A stretch of DNA of 64,000 nt from Octopus sinensis (Eukaryota). The position numbers were made by a program, and so were the translations under genes. This document shows, one piece after another, positions 1 through 13,586 of this stretch (the stretch's first letter is position 1; every line of letters starts with the position of its first letter). Below the pieces are notes generated by a model. That model did not search any database and had not been told where the DNA came from. It saw nothing but the letters and a program-made list of their open reading frames with translations. The stretch lies in NCBI RefSeq assembly GCF_006345805.1, contig NC_043008.1, forward strand, positions 7,254,001 through 7,318,000, read 5' to 3'.

Positions 1-1072
1 ACGAGATCTTTGAGGCAGAAGGAGGTTCAATACCCAAGGAACTTACCTGAGAATTTAATTAAAGTAATAAAGAAAGGTATGTAAAAGATAACTTATTTTG
101 GTTATACTTTGGTGTCGGTAGACGACATCATTCACCCACGGAACCTTTTCCTGTAATGTTGATAAAAACACTGAAACAGAGGGTGACTGCGTCGTTTCTT
201 CATAACAAAATTGTGAAGACAAATACCGAAGGAAGCCCTTAATTTGATACAAAATATCTGTGTACATTTCTGTCGGCATTCGTGTTCTTTCTCAGGTGTG
301 TGCGCGCGTTCACAAACACACACGCCCTCCCCCCCGCCACGCACACACACACACACAAATGCGTGCACGCACACACATACACACACACACAGAGGTTTGC
401 TGCAGGTCAACATAGTATAAATACACATAATTAACGAAGTTTTCGGTTCAAATTATTTGCTGTCTCTGTATAAACACAACACGAAAATAATTTGTGGCAT
501 GGCATCAAAATTGAAATAGATATGGAAAGCTGAGATTTAGAAGAAAAAAAAAAGAAAAGTGTCGTTATGCCGAGGAAAAAACATTTTGCAGACACTTAGC
601 TGGGGGTTTCTGATGAGGGCTTGATATTATTTCGTCTGCTGTTTCAGGAGATATTTACACATGGCCAGACGAACATATCCAATATATAAACCATCCGAAG
701 TCTTGTGCATCTAAAAAGCGGGAATGAATGGGGAGTGGTGGCCATGGATGTTTTCAAAAAACATAAAAAATTTCCAAACATATTTTTTCCAGATTGTTAA
801 TCACCTTATTTTTCCACGTGGATTAAAGCAAATATTCAAAAAGAGAAAAATATAAAAATTAAAAACTAAAATTTTGAAAAGATATTTTCTTTTCTTTTGT
901 TGTTGTTGTTGTTGTTTTCTTGGCAAGATCGTAATCTCCGATATCGAAGACTTTGGAATCCGAAGAAATTTTTGAAAGAATTTGGGGTCGGGATCGGGTA
1001 GGAGACACCCGACCACCGGCCAAATGTTTATGCATACGTGTATTTTAATATTTATAAAGAACATAATTAATG

Positions 1073-1108
<36 letters not shown>

Positions 1109-1564
1109 CAGAAAAAACTCGTTTCGCAAGGGAACAAATATAAGACGAGACAAGACAAAAACAAAACAATTTTACCTGAACAAATACAAAAACAAGCAAA
1201 TAATCACCGAGTTTCAAACATCACTAAACAGTTATTTCCGGAAATGTATTTACCAAAATATCCTTAAGCGATTTGCAATATGAGAAAAAATATTTTAAAG
1301 AAAGAATCGGAAGCGGTGTTTCGTCATTATCTTAACTCTATACGCTCAGTCCTGTCTCATAATATCAACGTCCATGTTTTAATGACAGTTCATGCCGGAT
1401 CGGTCATTGCCCAGGGCAATAAGGGCCACTTTACCCAGTGCGGAACCAGAGTGGGGGCGAAAATTTTACTTCTGGAACAAACACGCAAAAAGATGATCTT
1501 CCAGGTACCCAGAACCAAGAAAATCATAATCGCATAATGACATCACTTAAAACAAAATATAAAT

Positions 1565-1925
1565 AATAAGAGCACTCAGGGAGTGCAAACCTTCGCCAAG
1601 GCAACACGAACGTCCTCTCAACGATTAGCCAGAGATGATTTTTAAAATGAGAATACCTGCAATAAACTCGAATACTCTCACAAACGAGAATACTAAAAAT
1701 GAACTCGACTGCTCTCAAAAAATATGTAAAAAATAAACGGGAAAATAATGCAGAATCCGGTACCAAATCGATCCCAAATTCTAAGGAGTTCGTTCTAGGC
1801 ACGAGGCCAAACATCTCTGAAAGTTTCATTTGAATCCATTCAGCGGTTCTTGAGATATCTTGTTCACGTAGAAGCAAACAAACACGACTGAAACAATACC
1901 TCCGCCTTCGTTGAAGCGGAGGTAA
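1565..1925 (+). mobile_element. Non-autonomous Helentron/HINE-like element
   Basis: 5' small hairpin (gcactc..gagtgc) followed by 'aaccttcgccaagg'. Internal 'aagtttcatttgaatccattcagcggttcttgagatatc...caaacaaac' block. 3' GC-rich hairpin tacctccgc-cttcgttgaa-gcggaggta (1897-1924). This layout resembles DINE-1/HINE-type elements. Confidence 0.6.
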
Positions 1926-1964
1926 TAACTTCATTGTTTTAACGCACACTTCATGCTAAACTTT

Positions 1965-3690
1965 AACAGGCAATGAAGATCGAAGCCAGATAGATGACAA
2001 TAAACCAAATAATTTACATATAGATACCAAAAATGACAGAAGACTAACTGACGCTGAAGTTTACCAAATTGGATCACAAATATCTCGTAGTGGGCCTAAT
2101 AAAACCAGTAATGAAGTAGATGAAATGGGTAACAGAATCACGGAGCTAATTGAGAACCTCTACCAAAATTTAAGAACGTCACAGAGAATAACAGTAAAAT
2201 TATGATATATAATGTTGCCTTAAGACAGAGCTTAAGAAGCAAGGGAAATGATCTTGCAGACTGAAATAAGCTTATCAGTTTTACTGGGAAAGTAGTAACT
2301 GCTCATCTAGGTATCAAGATTACAAAGTAAAAGGCCAGACTTATCAATAACCTCCTAAGTGGAAAGTAACAATGCAAAAAGAGGTTGAATCTCTGCAGGC
2401 AGATGTATCGATTCTTGATGAACTTGCTACAGGATTAAATGTTAAAAAAACGAAAAGCTAGAAAAATCAAACAAAAATATGTCAAATTTCTTATAAAACT
2501 CAATGCGCCGAAGTAGCCATTGAAACGGCGTATACAGTTGAAAGACCAGCAACTTAGAAGGTATGATAAAAGAAATAAATTTTGTTGGAATTCAGCTTTG
2601 AGCACGACATATAACCTATCATAAGATTTTTGAAATTTTTCGAAAAGTTTTGCGAATTTCTATTCTACACACTGGAAATCAAATGATTAATTGCAAGCAA
2701 TAAAAAAAAACCCAGTTTGGTGTGTGATTTAAGGGCTGTTTAGCTATTTCCTGCAAGGGCAATAAATTCTTCGAAGTCCTCGGACTGATGTAGATCAAGC
2801 AACAACAAATCCGTGTTTGAGAAGTCCAGGATAGAAAGCAGAGAGTGAAGGCTTTATGCTGGCGGCAAAAGACAAAATCGTGTTAATCAGAAATTACCTG
2901 TCTAATGTTATTAAATAGCAAAAACCAAAATTCAGTAGACTATCTTATTTTGGACTGTCCACTGCCAAATCTAAACAAACATGAAAATCGCCACCATAGG
3001 GTAATTCAGTGTTTACATTGGAAAATATGTAAACATCACCAAATGGACAACTCTGCTAACCGTTATTAAACCATCCTGAGTCAGTTGTTCAAGGTAAAAC
3101 TGTCGCCATCCTCTGGGATGACACGGTCAACACTAACAGAACAATTCAGACTATTCGACCAGACATAGTTATTACAGACAGGGAAGAAAATATTGTAGAC
3201 AGACATATGTATATGTTATTCCCCCCACCCCACCACCACCACACAAAATAATTATACCTGGCATGGAATTTAACAAGCTTGATGAATATAAGGACCTGGA
3301 AACTGGAATACAAAAGATGCAGCATCATAAAGCAAAAGCTGTCTTTGTTATTGTAGGTGCCCTTGATATGATAAAATCCTGGCAGATTACCAAGCTGAGA
3401 ACCAGCTAGGTAATCTGCAGGAGAACCATATTCCCACAAAATCGAAAAGGTTGTGTTGACAAGCACCGCCTATATCCTCAGAAAAAAAAACCCTTATCAA
3501 TTTAAATGTCTGTGTAGTATTTTATGAACGTATTGCTGTCCTACCCTCCACGCCTCCTTTCCATAATCTTTCTGTTGTATTTAAACATCTCTGAAGCTTC
3601 GCTTGCCCCAGGGCACTGGGTTTAACCTGGCACGTGATTGCATCAAACAATCAGAATACAGAAATAACAACAACAGCAACAACTGCAATA
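1965..3690 (+). pseudogene. Decayed R4/Dong-clade non-LTR retrotransposon (N-terminal region plus RLE endonuclease; RT absent)
   Basis: Interrupted translations match R4/Dong motifs: PPKWKVTMQKEVESLQADVSIL (from 2351), QLRRYDKR (~2550), KAESEGFMLAAKDK..RNY, HENRHHRVIQCLHWKICKH, HPESVVQGKTVAILWDDTVNTNRTIQTIRPDIVITD (RPDIV at 3156), EYKDLE...VIVGALDMIK, IEKVVLTSTAYILR. Stops and frameshifts are present. A short 3' UTR ends in an A/AAC-rich tail. Confidence 0.85.
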
Positions 3691-4147
3691 TTAATAATGC
3701 ATATCACTGAGAAAATTACTTCAAGCAATGAACAAAGAATACACAAGAACGTATAAGACGCAACAAAGTCAAGTTGCGAAAGTGAAAGTGTTATCTCATT
3801 GCTCGGCACAGAGTCGGCGGGTGGGTGTTGGTAATTCAGTTAAACATTGATAATAAAGGAATTAGATTTGCATTAATACCATTAATTAGTCTGGAAAAGA
3901 GATTAAGGGTTTTAGTTGGGAAGTCCTCAGAACATAACTGGACTACATTAAGTCTCCCTTTTCGGAACATATACATAGTGTACGGCTGACAATGGAAACA
4001 GAAGTCTAATGCAGGCTAAATTTCTAAAACACTTAATTTCATAATTTATTAACGAATGATTAAAATTGATGTTAATATAGTCACGTGATATGTAAATATG
4101 CCTTTCATCTTGAGCTGAACATCAGTGTTTTGAATGTAACAGTGAAG

Positions 4148-4461
4148 ATTCTTTATAAGCCTAGTACTTATTCTATCGGTTTCTTTTTACCGAGCCGCTA
4201 GGTTACTGGGACATAAACTCAAGCGATGGTGAGGGGACAAACACACAAACATATGCACACACATACTTACATACATACATAAAACATACGTGTGTGTGTA
4301 TATATATATATATATATACGACGGGCTTAATTCAGTTTCCGTCTACCAAATCCACTCACAACGCTTTGGTCGGCCCGAGGCTATATAGAAGAAACTTGCC
4401 CAACGTGCCACACAGAGGGACTGCACCTAGAACCATGTGATTGGTAAGCAAGCCACTCCTG
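4148..4461 (-). mobile_element. SINE family A (tRNA-derived, CORE-like, internal TA/TG microsatellite)
   Basis: Reverse complement aligns by eye with the full copies at 13171 and 43191. Confidence 0.85.
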
Positions 4462-4764
4462 GACAAATCATGCCGTGAAGAACTGCATTTTTTCACATAA
4501 AGGTTTGGTAAAATAAAGTGCCAGTCAGCTACCAGGGTCGATGCAATTGACTTCTTGCTCCCCTCAAAATTAATATCTTAAATTATTAAAATATTGAAGT
4601 TGTTAGATAACTCGTGTTTGTCTCGAGTATTTCACTGCATTTTAATAGCCGCGTATTAGATTAGTTTTCTACCGATCCTAGATACGAATTTATCGCTTTA
4701 CATCTAGAATATTTTCAAAAAAAGTTTATTTCTTAAGCACATGCTTCTTTATTTTCTCTGTTTT

Positions 4765-4791
4765 ATACACATACACACACATATTATATAT

Positions 4792-4866
<75 letters not shown>

Positions 4867-4959
4867 ACATATATATGTATATGTATGTATACATATATAC
4901 ATATATATGTGTGCATATATATTTATATGCATATATATATATGCACACATATATATGTA

Positions 4960-4993
<34 letters not shown>

Positions 4994-5072
4994 CATATAT
5001 ATAGATATATATATATACATACATGCATACATATATATTTATACATACATACATATCTATATAAATACATAC

Positions 5073-5117
<45 letters not shown>

Positions 5118-5177
5118 CATGCATACATACACACACATATATATATATACATACATGCATATATATATATTATATAT

Positions 5178-5210
<33 letters not shown>

Positions 5211-5225
5211 GTGTGTATATATGTA
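4765..5225. repeat. (TA)n/(TACA)n compound microsatellite
   Basis: Read directly. One of many such tracts (also ~6935-7330, 31195-31860, 40560-40940, 58255-58475, 60170-60620). Confidence 0.95.
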
Positions 5226-5800
5226 TAACTTCCTTTTTGAAGCACACACATCCACACACACAAATATAATGGTGTATCGACACTCAAAAGTGGATTTGAA
5301 TTTCTGTGCGGAATAAATTATGAAGTATATCTACTTGTCAATTATACGGGAAAAATCTATACAAAGCCCTTAGTGTAAGTGGTTTTACAGTAACATGTCA
5401 CACACAAGAAATGCATTGTGTATTCTTTAGATTGCCATTCAAGTTTCAATTATATATATCATTGCAAAAATAGTTTGCAAGCTCTCAATTTATCTACAAG
5501 TGTCAAAAAAAGGATTTGAACAAACAAAATATTGCATTAGAATTTCATGCTTTACGAAGCAAAACTGTATGAACACTTTATCGAATTAATCAGCAAAAAT
5601 TGGACTCTTCTATTCTAAATTCTAGTATTGCATCTGGCACGTAAATCCACCATGTTGATTGTTCCGAAAGCAGCAAAGCCAATAACAAGACATGTGAGAC
5701 CAAAGAACAGCTGCATTATGCAACTATGAATTCTAATTTTATTTCGAAACAGTAAGTTTGCGCAAACAATATACAAACAATGAGATATGTGAAATTCAGT

Positions 5801-5957
5801 CGCAACTGTGATGGCGTGTTTAGGAGTTTGTTTTTCTACCAAATGGGTCCAGGTTCGGTCCTACTGCGTAGCACCTTGGGTAGCTGTGTTCAACGACACT
5901 CTCCGGTCGACTAAAACCTTGTGAGTGTATATGGTAGACGCAAACTGAAAGAAGCTG
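5801..5957 (+). mobile_element. SINE family A, old 5' half
   Basis: Degenerate match: ggttcggtcctactgcgtagcaccttggg...ggtagacgcaaactgaaagaagc. Confidence 0.7.
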
Positions 5958-6410
5958 TTTTGTAGTACCTCATACTAACTTACACCAGCCATTTTAGTTT
6001 CTTGAATATGGCACCATGTTTTAATATAATGGCACCTGGAATGAAAAAGAATAATTACATTGTAAATTGTACACTGCTGAATACATATTAAGATGCTTAG
6101 ATTGGAAATTTTGAAAATTAAAGGTGTCTAATAACTTCCTGCATGTATGCCTATAGTTCTAATAGATGCGTGAGCCAGAGTGCATATGTGTCAGTATGTC
6201 CAACCGTATATATTTTGCACAAGGGTGTTTTTCTCAGATGAAAACGCGAGCCTGTCTGCGTGTATGAAACTGTAAGTATTACTCGACTAGAATATACACA
6301 TGTGAGCGTATGATTATTTGATGCACATATACTCTGTGTGTGTGTGTCTGTTTCCGTGTATCTATTAGAGTATGCGGTTGTATGAATGTGCTGTGTATGA
6401 ATGTGTATAA

Positions 6411-6643
6411 AAGGCGGTGGGCTGGTAGAAACGTTAGCACACCGGGCGAAATGCGTAGCCGTATTTCGTCTATCGCTACGTTCTGAGTTCAAATTCCGCC
6501 AAGGTCGACTTTGCCTTTCATCCTTTCGGGGTCGATTAAATAAGTACCAGTTACGCACTGGGGTCGATATAATTGACTTAATCCGTTTGTCTGTCCTTGT
6601 TTTTCCTCTCTGTGTTTAGCCCCTTGTGGGTAGTAAAGAAATA
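6411..6643 (+). mobile_element. SINE family B (tRNA-derived, Nin/Deu-like central domain), full length
   Basis: Head aggcggtgggctggtagaaacgttagcac; central gcctttcatcctttcggggtcgattaaataagtaccag. 18-bp direct repeat ggttgtatgaatgtgctg at 6376-6393 and 6644-6661. Confidence 0.9.
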
Positions 6644-7096
6644 GGTTGTATGAATGTGCTGCATGTTAAACCACGAGCCCGTGTTCGGGTTTACATACCG
6701 CCGATCATCACTGACAACGATATATAACGAGTCCTTGCATGTGTATTTGTATCTGTTGGATGAGGGTGTTTGCGTGAGGACTGCAGGTATAGTGTATAAA
6801 GGCTAATACTGTTTATCGTGTTAATTGTCTAGATAAGCTATGTTTAGCTTGTTTGTGATTGAGTGTGGGAGAAGGAAGCGCGCAGAAGATGTACAGAGAA
6901 TGCTCTTTGTCCTACCGCTGAAAGTGCATCTATGTATATAAATATATATGTGCAAACATATATATCTATACATACATACATACATACATACATACATACA
7001 TACATACATGAACATATATATATATATATATATATAATATATATATACACACACTCATACACATATAAATAAATGTATGTATGAGTGTATCTGTGT

Positions 7097-7131
<35 letters not shown>

Positions 7132-7200
7132 CACATATGCATACATGCATACACACACATACACACATATATATAAGTATATATATATATATACATAGTG

Positions 7201-7250
<50 letters not shown>

Positions 7251-7284
7251 TCAAACTCACATAAATCCCTATATATATATATAT

Positions 7285-7317
<33 letters not shown>

Positions 7318-7476
7318 GTACGTATGTATTTGGCAGCAGTTTATTTGTTGTTGGATGTGCTGATATATTCGTCGTTCCAATAGATGCGTATGGGTGTGTT
7401 TGCGCAAAAGAATGTCTGTGTAATTGGAATAAACTGTTTGATGATGTAGGTGGGTGTGTGGGTGTGTGTCAGAGAG

Positions 7477-7507
<31 letters not shown>

Positions 7508-8277
7508 GAGATAGGGAGTGGTATGGGGTGAAATATTGCTCAAGGCCTCTGAAAACGCAAGTATTATGCTATTCCCGTTTGATCTGCCGAAACGGAAAGC
7601 GCTAATCTCCAGGGCTTATTGAATACACACACATAACTATATAGACACACACTATGCAGACAATGCGCGCGTACGCACACACACACAGGTATATATATAT
7701 ATATATATGTATTATGGATATATATATATATATATATGTATATGCATAACTAAACGCACACGCAAGCATGTATCACCTTAGTTATATTTATAAACCGATC
7801 TTTACATTAGGTAAATATTCATTTTGTACAAAGACGTCGATGTCGGTTGCTGATTGGTTATTTTTTCCCCCTTTTCTCTTTGTTATTGTTTTTCCTTATC
7901 CTTATGGCAAAGAAAAGTGCAACAAAAGAAATGAGCAGGCCTCAGATTTGACTGTCGGATGAAGACAACGTTAGGCCTACTAAAGAAAGAGTAATTTTTG
8001 ACTAGTTAAAAAGAGAAAGAAAAAGAGAGACTGACAGGCAGAGAGAAAGACAAAGAGAGACAGACAGAGAGACAAAGACAAAGACAGAGAGGAAGACAGA
8101 GAACGAGAGACAGACAGGTGGATATAGAGGGAGAAAAAAAGCGAGAGACTATGTTATGACTAACGAGACAATCCAAAGTTTATGACAGAGGGGAAACTAA
8201 ATGATGACTAATGAATGACAGACTAACATGGTTGATAGAACTAGTTGAATGTCCCGTGCTTTAAAGAATATATAAAA

Positions 8278-8790
8278 GGCGCAGGCGTGACTGTGGAGTA
8301 TGAAATTAGTTTCCAACCCACATGGCTTTGGGTTCGAGGAGGGCAAATGATTTCAATATAGCCGAGCCGACCAAAGCCTTGCGATAGAATGTTGGAAAAG
8401 GAAACTAATTGAAGTCTATTTATATATATATTTATAAATATTAAAAAATATGCTGGCCATTGATAAAATGTTTACGAAAATTTTATCCTATATTATATTT
8501 ACATATATATATATATATATAATATATATATATTATATATATATATATATATTTATTTATATGCGTGTGTGTGTGTGTGACAGAGAGCGTGAATAGATGT
8601 GTCTTCATCGATTGACGAACGACATAATTTTGTTTCCCTCTACGTAACTTAGCAGTTCGCCACAAATAAACCGATATAATAGGTCCAGGCTTTAAAACAA
8701 ATACCGGGGTCAACTTGCTCTAGTAAATACTTCATAGCAGTGTCCAGCATGGCCGTAGTCGAAGAACTGAGACTAGGGAAAGCCAAAAGA
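8278..8790 (+). mobile_element. SINE family A, degenerate
   Basis: Head ggcgcaggcgtgactgtgg, gccgaccaaagccttg, internal TA/TG tract, tail ccagcatggccgtagtc. Confidence 0.75.
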
Positions 8791-9241
8791 TATCTCCGTA
8801 AGCAAAAATACTTTATGGAAGCCAGACATTACATATACTATCACTTGAGACCGGATCAAATCCTGACGAGGGGGACAAACATATATTTTAAGTAAAACAT
8901 CGATTCGAACTTCTGTACAAAAGACTTAAATTATAATTAGCTAATTCATTAACTTAAACATTACTATACTATTTCCATAAGCAACTCAACCTTCCAATGT
9001 ATAAATGGGATTCTTTACTGCTTTCAGGCTCTCCCTGGGAAACTCTCCCTCGGTTCCTCCTCCAACTCACACAAATTTTAACCCTCCTAGTTAATTGTTA
9101 CCACTCTATAAATGCAAAGTATGAACATACACATGCATCCACACGAATATTCATCTACACACACATACACACGCACACATATATACAGACACATATACGT
9201 ACATTAATATATATATATATGCATATAGATGCATACGCACG

Positions 9242-9295
<54 letters not shown>

Positions 9296-10082
9296 CATAT
9301 ATATATATATATATATACATACGCACGCACACGCACACATACATATACGTAATACATAGATGTATATACACACACACACACATATACGTACATACATACA
9401 TATATATACATGCATATACACATTAGAAGTAAAAAGTATATTTGTAAGCATACACGTTCTTATATACATGCTTATACATATACTTACATATACATACACA
9501 GCTACGCGCACACACATACACACATAAATATGAAGGTGAGAGAGAGAGAAAGGTGTGTATCCTTTACTTTCCCTACCTGTCAATAACCCAATTCATTCGT
9601 TACAAATATCATCATCACACCTCCGCCCACCCCCAACATCATCACCATCACCATCACCATCAATCACAATATCAACAACAATAATACTTTCTACCATCTG
9701 CAGCGCCACCACCACCACCACCACCACACCCCTCCCCCATCATGATCATCATCACGATCATCTTCAGAAGCGGTGCCGAAAACATCTCCAGCAGCAACCA
9801 TTTCCGTTTCTCCTTAAGACCTAATTATTTAACACATTCCCGCAGAATACTTTCTACCTCTCGTTTCCGCTCCACTACCCTATGCCCCATTCCACTACCA
9901 CCACCACCAACAAGAACAACAACAACAACAATAACATTCTCCATCTCCCTCTCCTCCTTCTCCTCCCTTACCCCCAAAGCCTTCTTCTTTCGTTATTTTT
10001 TTTGTCTTTTCCAGTTTTAAGCTCGAGCTTCAGCGATGTTATATAAGACAGCACAAGAATTCCAGTATTTCATTAAATGTAC

Positions 10083-11200
10083 GGAGAGAAGGAGGGAGAG
10101 ATGGAGGGGGAAAGAGAGAGGGAGAGACAGACAGAGAGAGAGGGATACAGAGAGAGAGGAGAGAAGAGGAGAGAGAGCCGGAGAAAGAGAAAGTGACAGA
10201 GATGGAGTGAGAGAGGTGGAGAGTCAGTGAGGAAAAGAGATGGAGAGAGATGGGAAGGGGGGGATAAATAGTAGGGGCGGAGAGATGGAGGGGGAAAGAG
10301 AGAGGGAGAGAGACAAAGAGAGAGAGGGAGAGAGAGGAGAGAAAAGGAGACAGAGCCGGAGAAAGAGAAAGTGACAGAGATGGAGTGAGACAGGTGGAGA
10401 GGCAGTGAGGAAAAGAGATAGAGAGAGATGGGAAGTGGGGTGAGGAAAAGAAATAGCAGGTGCGGAGAAATACATTGATAAGGAGATAGATGTAGATATA
10501 TAGAGAGATAGGAAGAATGAAAAGGGGAAAAGAGAAGGGGAGAAAGAGCCGGAGAGTGAGGGAGAGAAAGAACTGGACAGAGAAAGGAGGAGAAAGTAAT
10601 AGGAGCGGAGAGATAGATTGATAAGGAGATAGATGTAGATATATATTGAGAGATAGGAAGAATGAGAACGATAGAGAGAGAGAGAAAGGGAAGGAGAGAA
10701 AGAGACGGAGAGAGAGGGGAGAAAGAACAGGACAGAGAGAGGGGGAGAAAGAGCCGGAGAGAGAGAAAGTGAGTGAGATGGGATAAGAGAGGTGGAGAGA
10801 TAGTGAGGAAAAGAGATAGAGAGAGATGGGAAGAGGGATGAGAAAAAGAAATAGAAGCGGTAGAGAGAGAGATTGATAAGGAGATAGATGTAGATATATA
10901 GAGAGATAGGTAGAATGCGAAAGAGAGAGAGAGAGAGAGAGTCAGTGAGAAGTGTCTGCGCGTGTGCGTGAGTATATGCGCTTGAATGAAACAAATTTTG
11001 TGAAAGGAGAAGGAAACTAACAGAGTGGGAAGGAGAGAGAGAAAGAAGGAAGGAGAGAGAGAGAGAGGGCAAGTGAGAGGGTGAGGAAGATTAGAGGGGG
11101 GATGGGAGGGAGGGAGGGAGGGAGGGAGAGAAAGATGGAAATGGGAGGAAGAATGAAGGAGAGCGGGGGAGGGAAAGAGAAATATGAAGGAAGAACGATG
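10083..11200. repeat. Polypurine (GA-rich) tract with higher-order repeat units
   Basis: Block gagccggagaaagagaaagtga...gaggtggagag..agtgaggaaaagagat recurs near 10175, 10352 and 10751. Block gattgataaggagatagatgtagatatata recurs near 10474, 10616 and 10871. Confidence 0.9.
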
Positions 11201-11582
11201 GAAGGAAAAATTGTACACAGAGTTTGAGAGGACCGTTCAATGATGAAGATGAGGAAAATGTGCGTGTGTGTGTGGGGGGGGGCAGTGAATGGGTTGAAAG
11301 GCTTCTAGAGGTTTCTGGGTATTTGTGTGTTTGTAGAGGGGGGGGGGGGGCGAATGGAAGTGTGTAAATCATTTCCGTATATCCATGGGTAAGTTAGAAT
11401 GTGACACTGAAGAATATACAGAGAGCATCGCGTTTCAAAGTTGGTCGGTAATATTCCTCTCAATGTCAGAAACTTTGCTAATTTTCTTTTTCCTTCTTTC
11501 TCTTAAAACGAGGTGTTCCACTGAAACTAATATAAAAAATCATGAATTCCATTCCAGTTACGAACTTTAGACGAACGTTTCG

Positions 11583-11680
<98 letters not shown>

Positions 11681-11744
11681 CATTATTATTATTATTATTA
11701 TTGTTGTTGTTGTTGTTATTTTCATTATTATTATTGTTATTATG

Positions 11745-11783
<39 letters not shown>

Positions 11784-11808
11784 GTTATTATGATTATCAT
11801 CATCATCA

Positions 11809-11842
<34 letters not shown>

Positions 11843-11910
11843 GATTATTATTATGATTATTATTATTATTATTATTATTATTATTGTTATTATGATTATC
11901 ATCATCATCA

Positions 11911-11956
<46 letters not shown>

Positions 11957-11957
11957 G

Positions 11958-11993
<36 letters not shown>

Positions 11994-12018
11994 GTTATTA
12001 TGATTATCATCATCATCA

Positions 12019-12067
<49 letters not shown>

Positions 12068-12129
12068 GATTATTATAATTATTGTTATTATTATTATTAT
12101 TATCATTATTGTTATTATTATTATTAGTA

Positions 12130-12162
<33 letters not shown>
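11583..12162. repeat. (ATT)n array with periodic variant cassettes
   Basis: About 580 bp of ATT; the cassette attgttattatgattatcatcatcatcatc recurs at ~11781, 11883 and 11991. Confidence 0.95.
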
Positions 12163-12163
<1 letters not shown>

Positions 12164-13170
12164 CTTTCTTTCCTGTTGCTTACCTCCGCCATTTTCCATA
12201 AACTCCCTCTACGAAAGAAAATGAATAACAGAATAAAAAAAATTTGACGAACAAGCGCTAAAAAAACGTAAAAGAAATAGTAATTTGGAAGCCAGTTAAA
12301 AAAAAGAGGGGGAATGTTACTTCATCCAAGAACTGGGTATGGAGATTGTGGTAGGGATTGGTTTTTATTTTGCTTGTTGAATCTGAAGACATAATCTCCG
12401 ATAAATCCATAGAATGTGGCTACTACGTAGAAGATCTTCACGTGTTTAATTCGCCTTCGTTTCCTTCTTTTTTTTATATATATATATCTAAGGGAGACGT
12501 AATGAGATATTATTCTCTATTTTCTCATTATTTTTTTGATCCTCTTCTCGTCACTGTATCTTTGTATTACCGTATCTCTTTTTTGCCTCTTTCCTACTTC
12601 TTTCCATTTTTCTCACATCAAATTTATTAGCGATTTAAACCGAGTCCCCAAAAGGTGTTAACGATTCAAGTGCAGTGGTATGGAGCGAAGTATATATGGT
12701 GGGTGTCACAAAGCCATACCACTCAAAGGTCGCTGGTTGTTCAGTACAAACTATTAAAGCTGGAACACTGCACAAGTAGAGGTGGGTGAAATGTCTTCGA
12801 GAGTAAACCTACTACTATCATGCTCTTAAGAATGAAATCAACCTCTCTGTCTATATATCTACCCTCTTTATAATGTTCGCAAATGAAATAGGGATAAGAA
12901 TGTGCATTGTCCGTTTGATTGGGAAATTCTATAAGTGGCTGAAGATTGCTCGACATTTTAAAATTGATGTAATACTTACAGTGTTTAATAAAATGAAGTA
13001 GCATGAAACAATTGTACTACACTACCTTGGATATCCTTGTTGCTTATTATGATTATAATCACCCCATTTGATTTATATGGATAATACCATACAAAATTCT
13101 GGTGCCTTTAACTTAAGTACCATATTCATCTGAATCTAAATTTTGCTGAACTTATATATATATATACATA

Positions 13171-13586
13171 CACAGGAGTGGCTGTGTGGTAAGTGGCTTG
13201 TATACCAACAACGTGGTTCCGGGTTCAGTTCCACTGCGTGGCGCCTTGGGTAAGTGTCTTCTACTATAGCCTCGGGCCGACCAAAGCCTTGTGAGTGGAT
13301 TTGGTAGACGGAAACTGAAAGAAGCCCGTCGTATATATGTATATATATATATATGCGTGTGAGTGTTTGTGTGTCTGTGTTTGTCCCCCTAGCATTGCTT
13401 GACAACCGATGCTAGTGTGTTTATATCCCCGTTACTTAGCGGTTCGGCAAAAGAGACCGATAGAATAAGTACTGGGCTTACAAAAAGAATAAGTCCCGGG
13501 GTCGAGTTTCTCAATTAAAGGCGGTGCTCCAGCATGGCCGCAGTCAAATGACTGAAACAAGTAAAAGAGTAAAAGAGAGTAAAGAG
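13171..13586 (+). mobile_element. SINE family A, full length
   Basis: tRNA-like head with A box (tggctgtgtgg) and B-box-like gggttcagttcc, CORE-like ccttgggtaagtgtctt, internal (TA)n(TG)n, tail ending in (gtaaaaga)n. Confidence 0.92.

Noticed and set aside
47-150. Possible minus-strand coding exon with good acceptor and donor
   Set aside because: All three frames contain stops; at most a non-coding exon, which cannot be supported further.
605-660. CTGATGAG hammerhead-like box
   Set aside because: No stem II or downstream GAAA box on the same strand.
11095-11130. (GGGA)n G-quadruplex-capable run
   Set aside because: Part of the simple purine tract; nothing suggests function.
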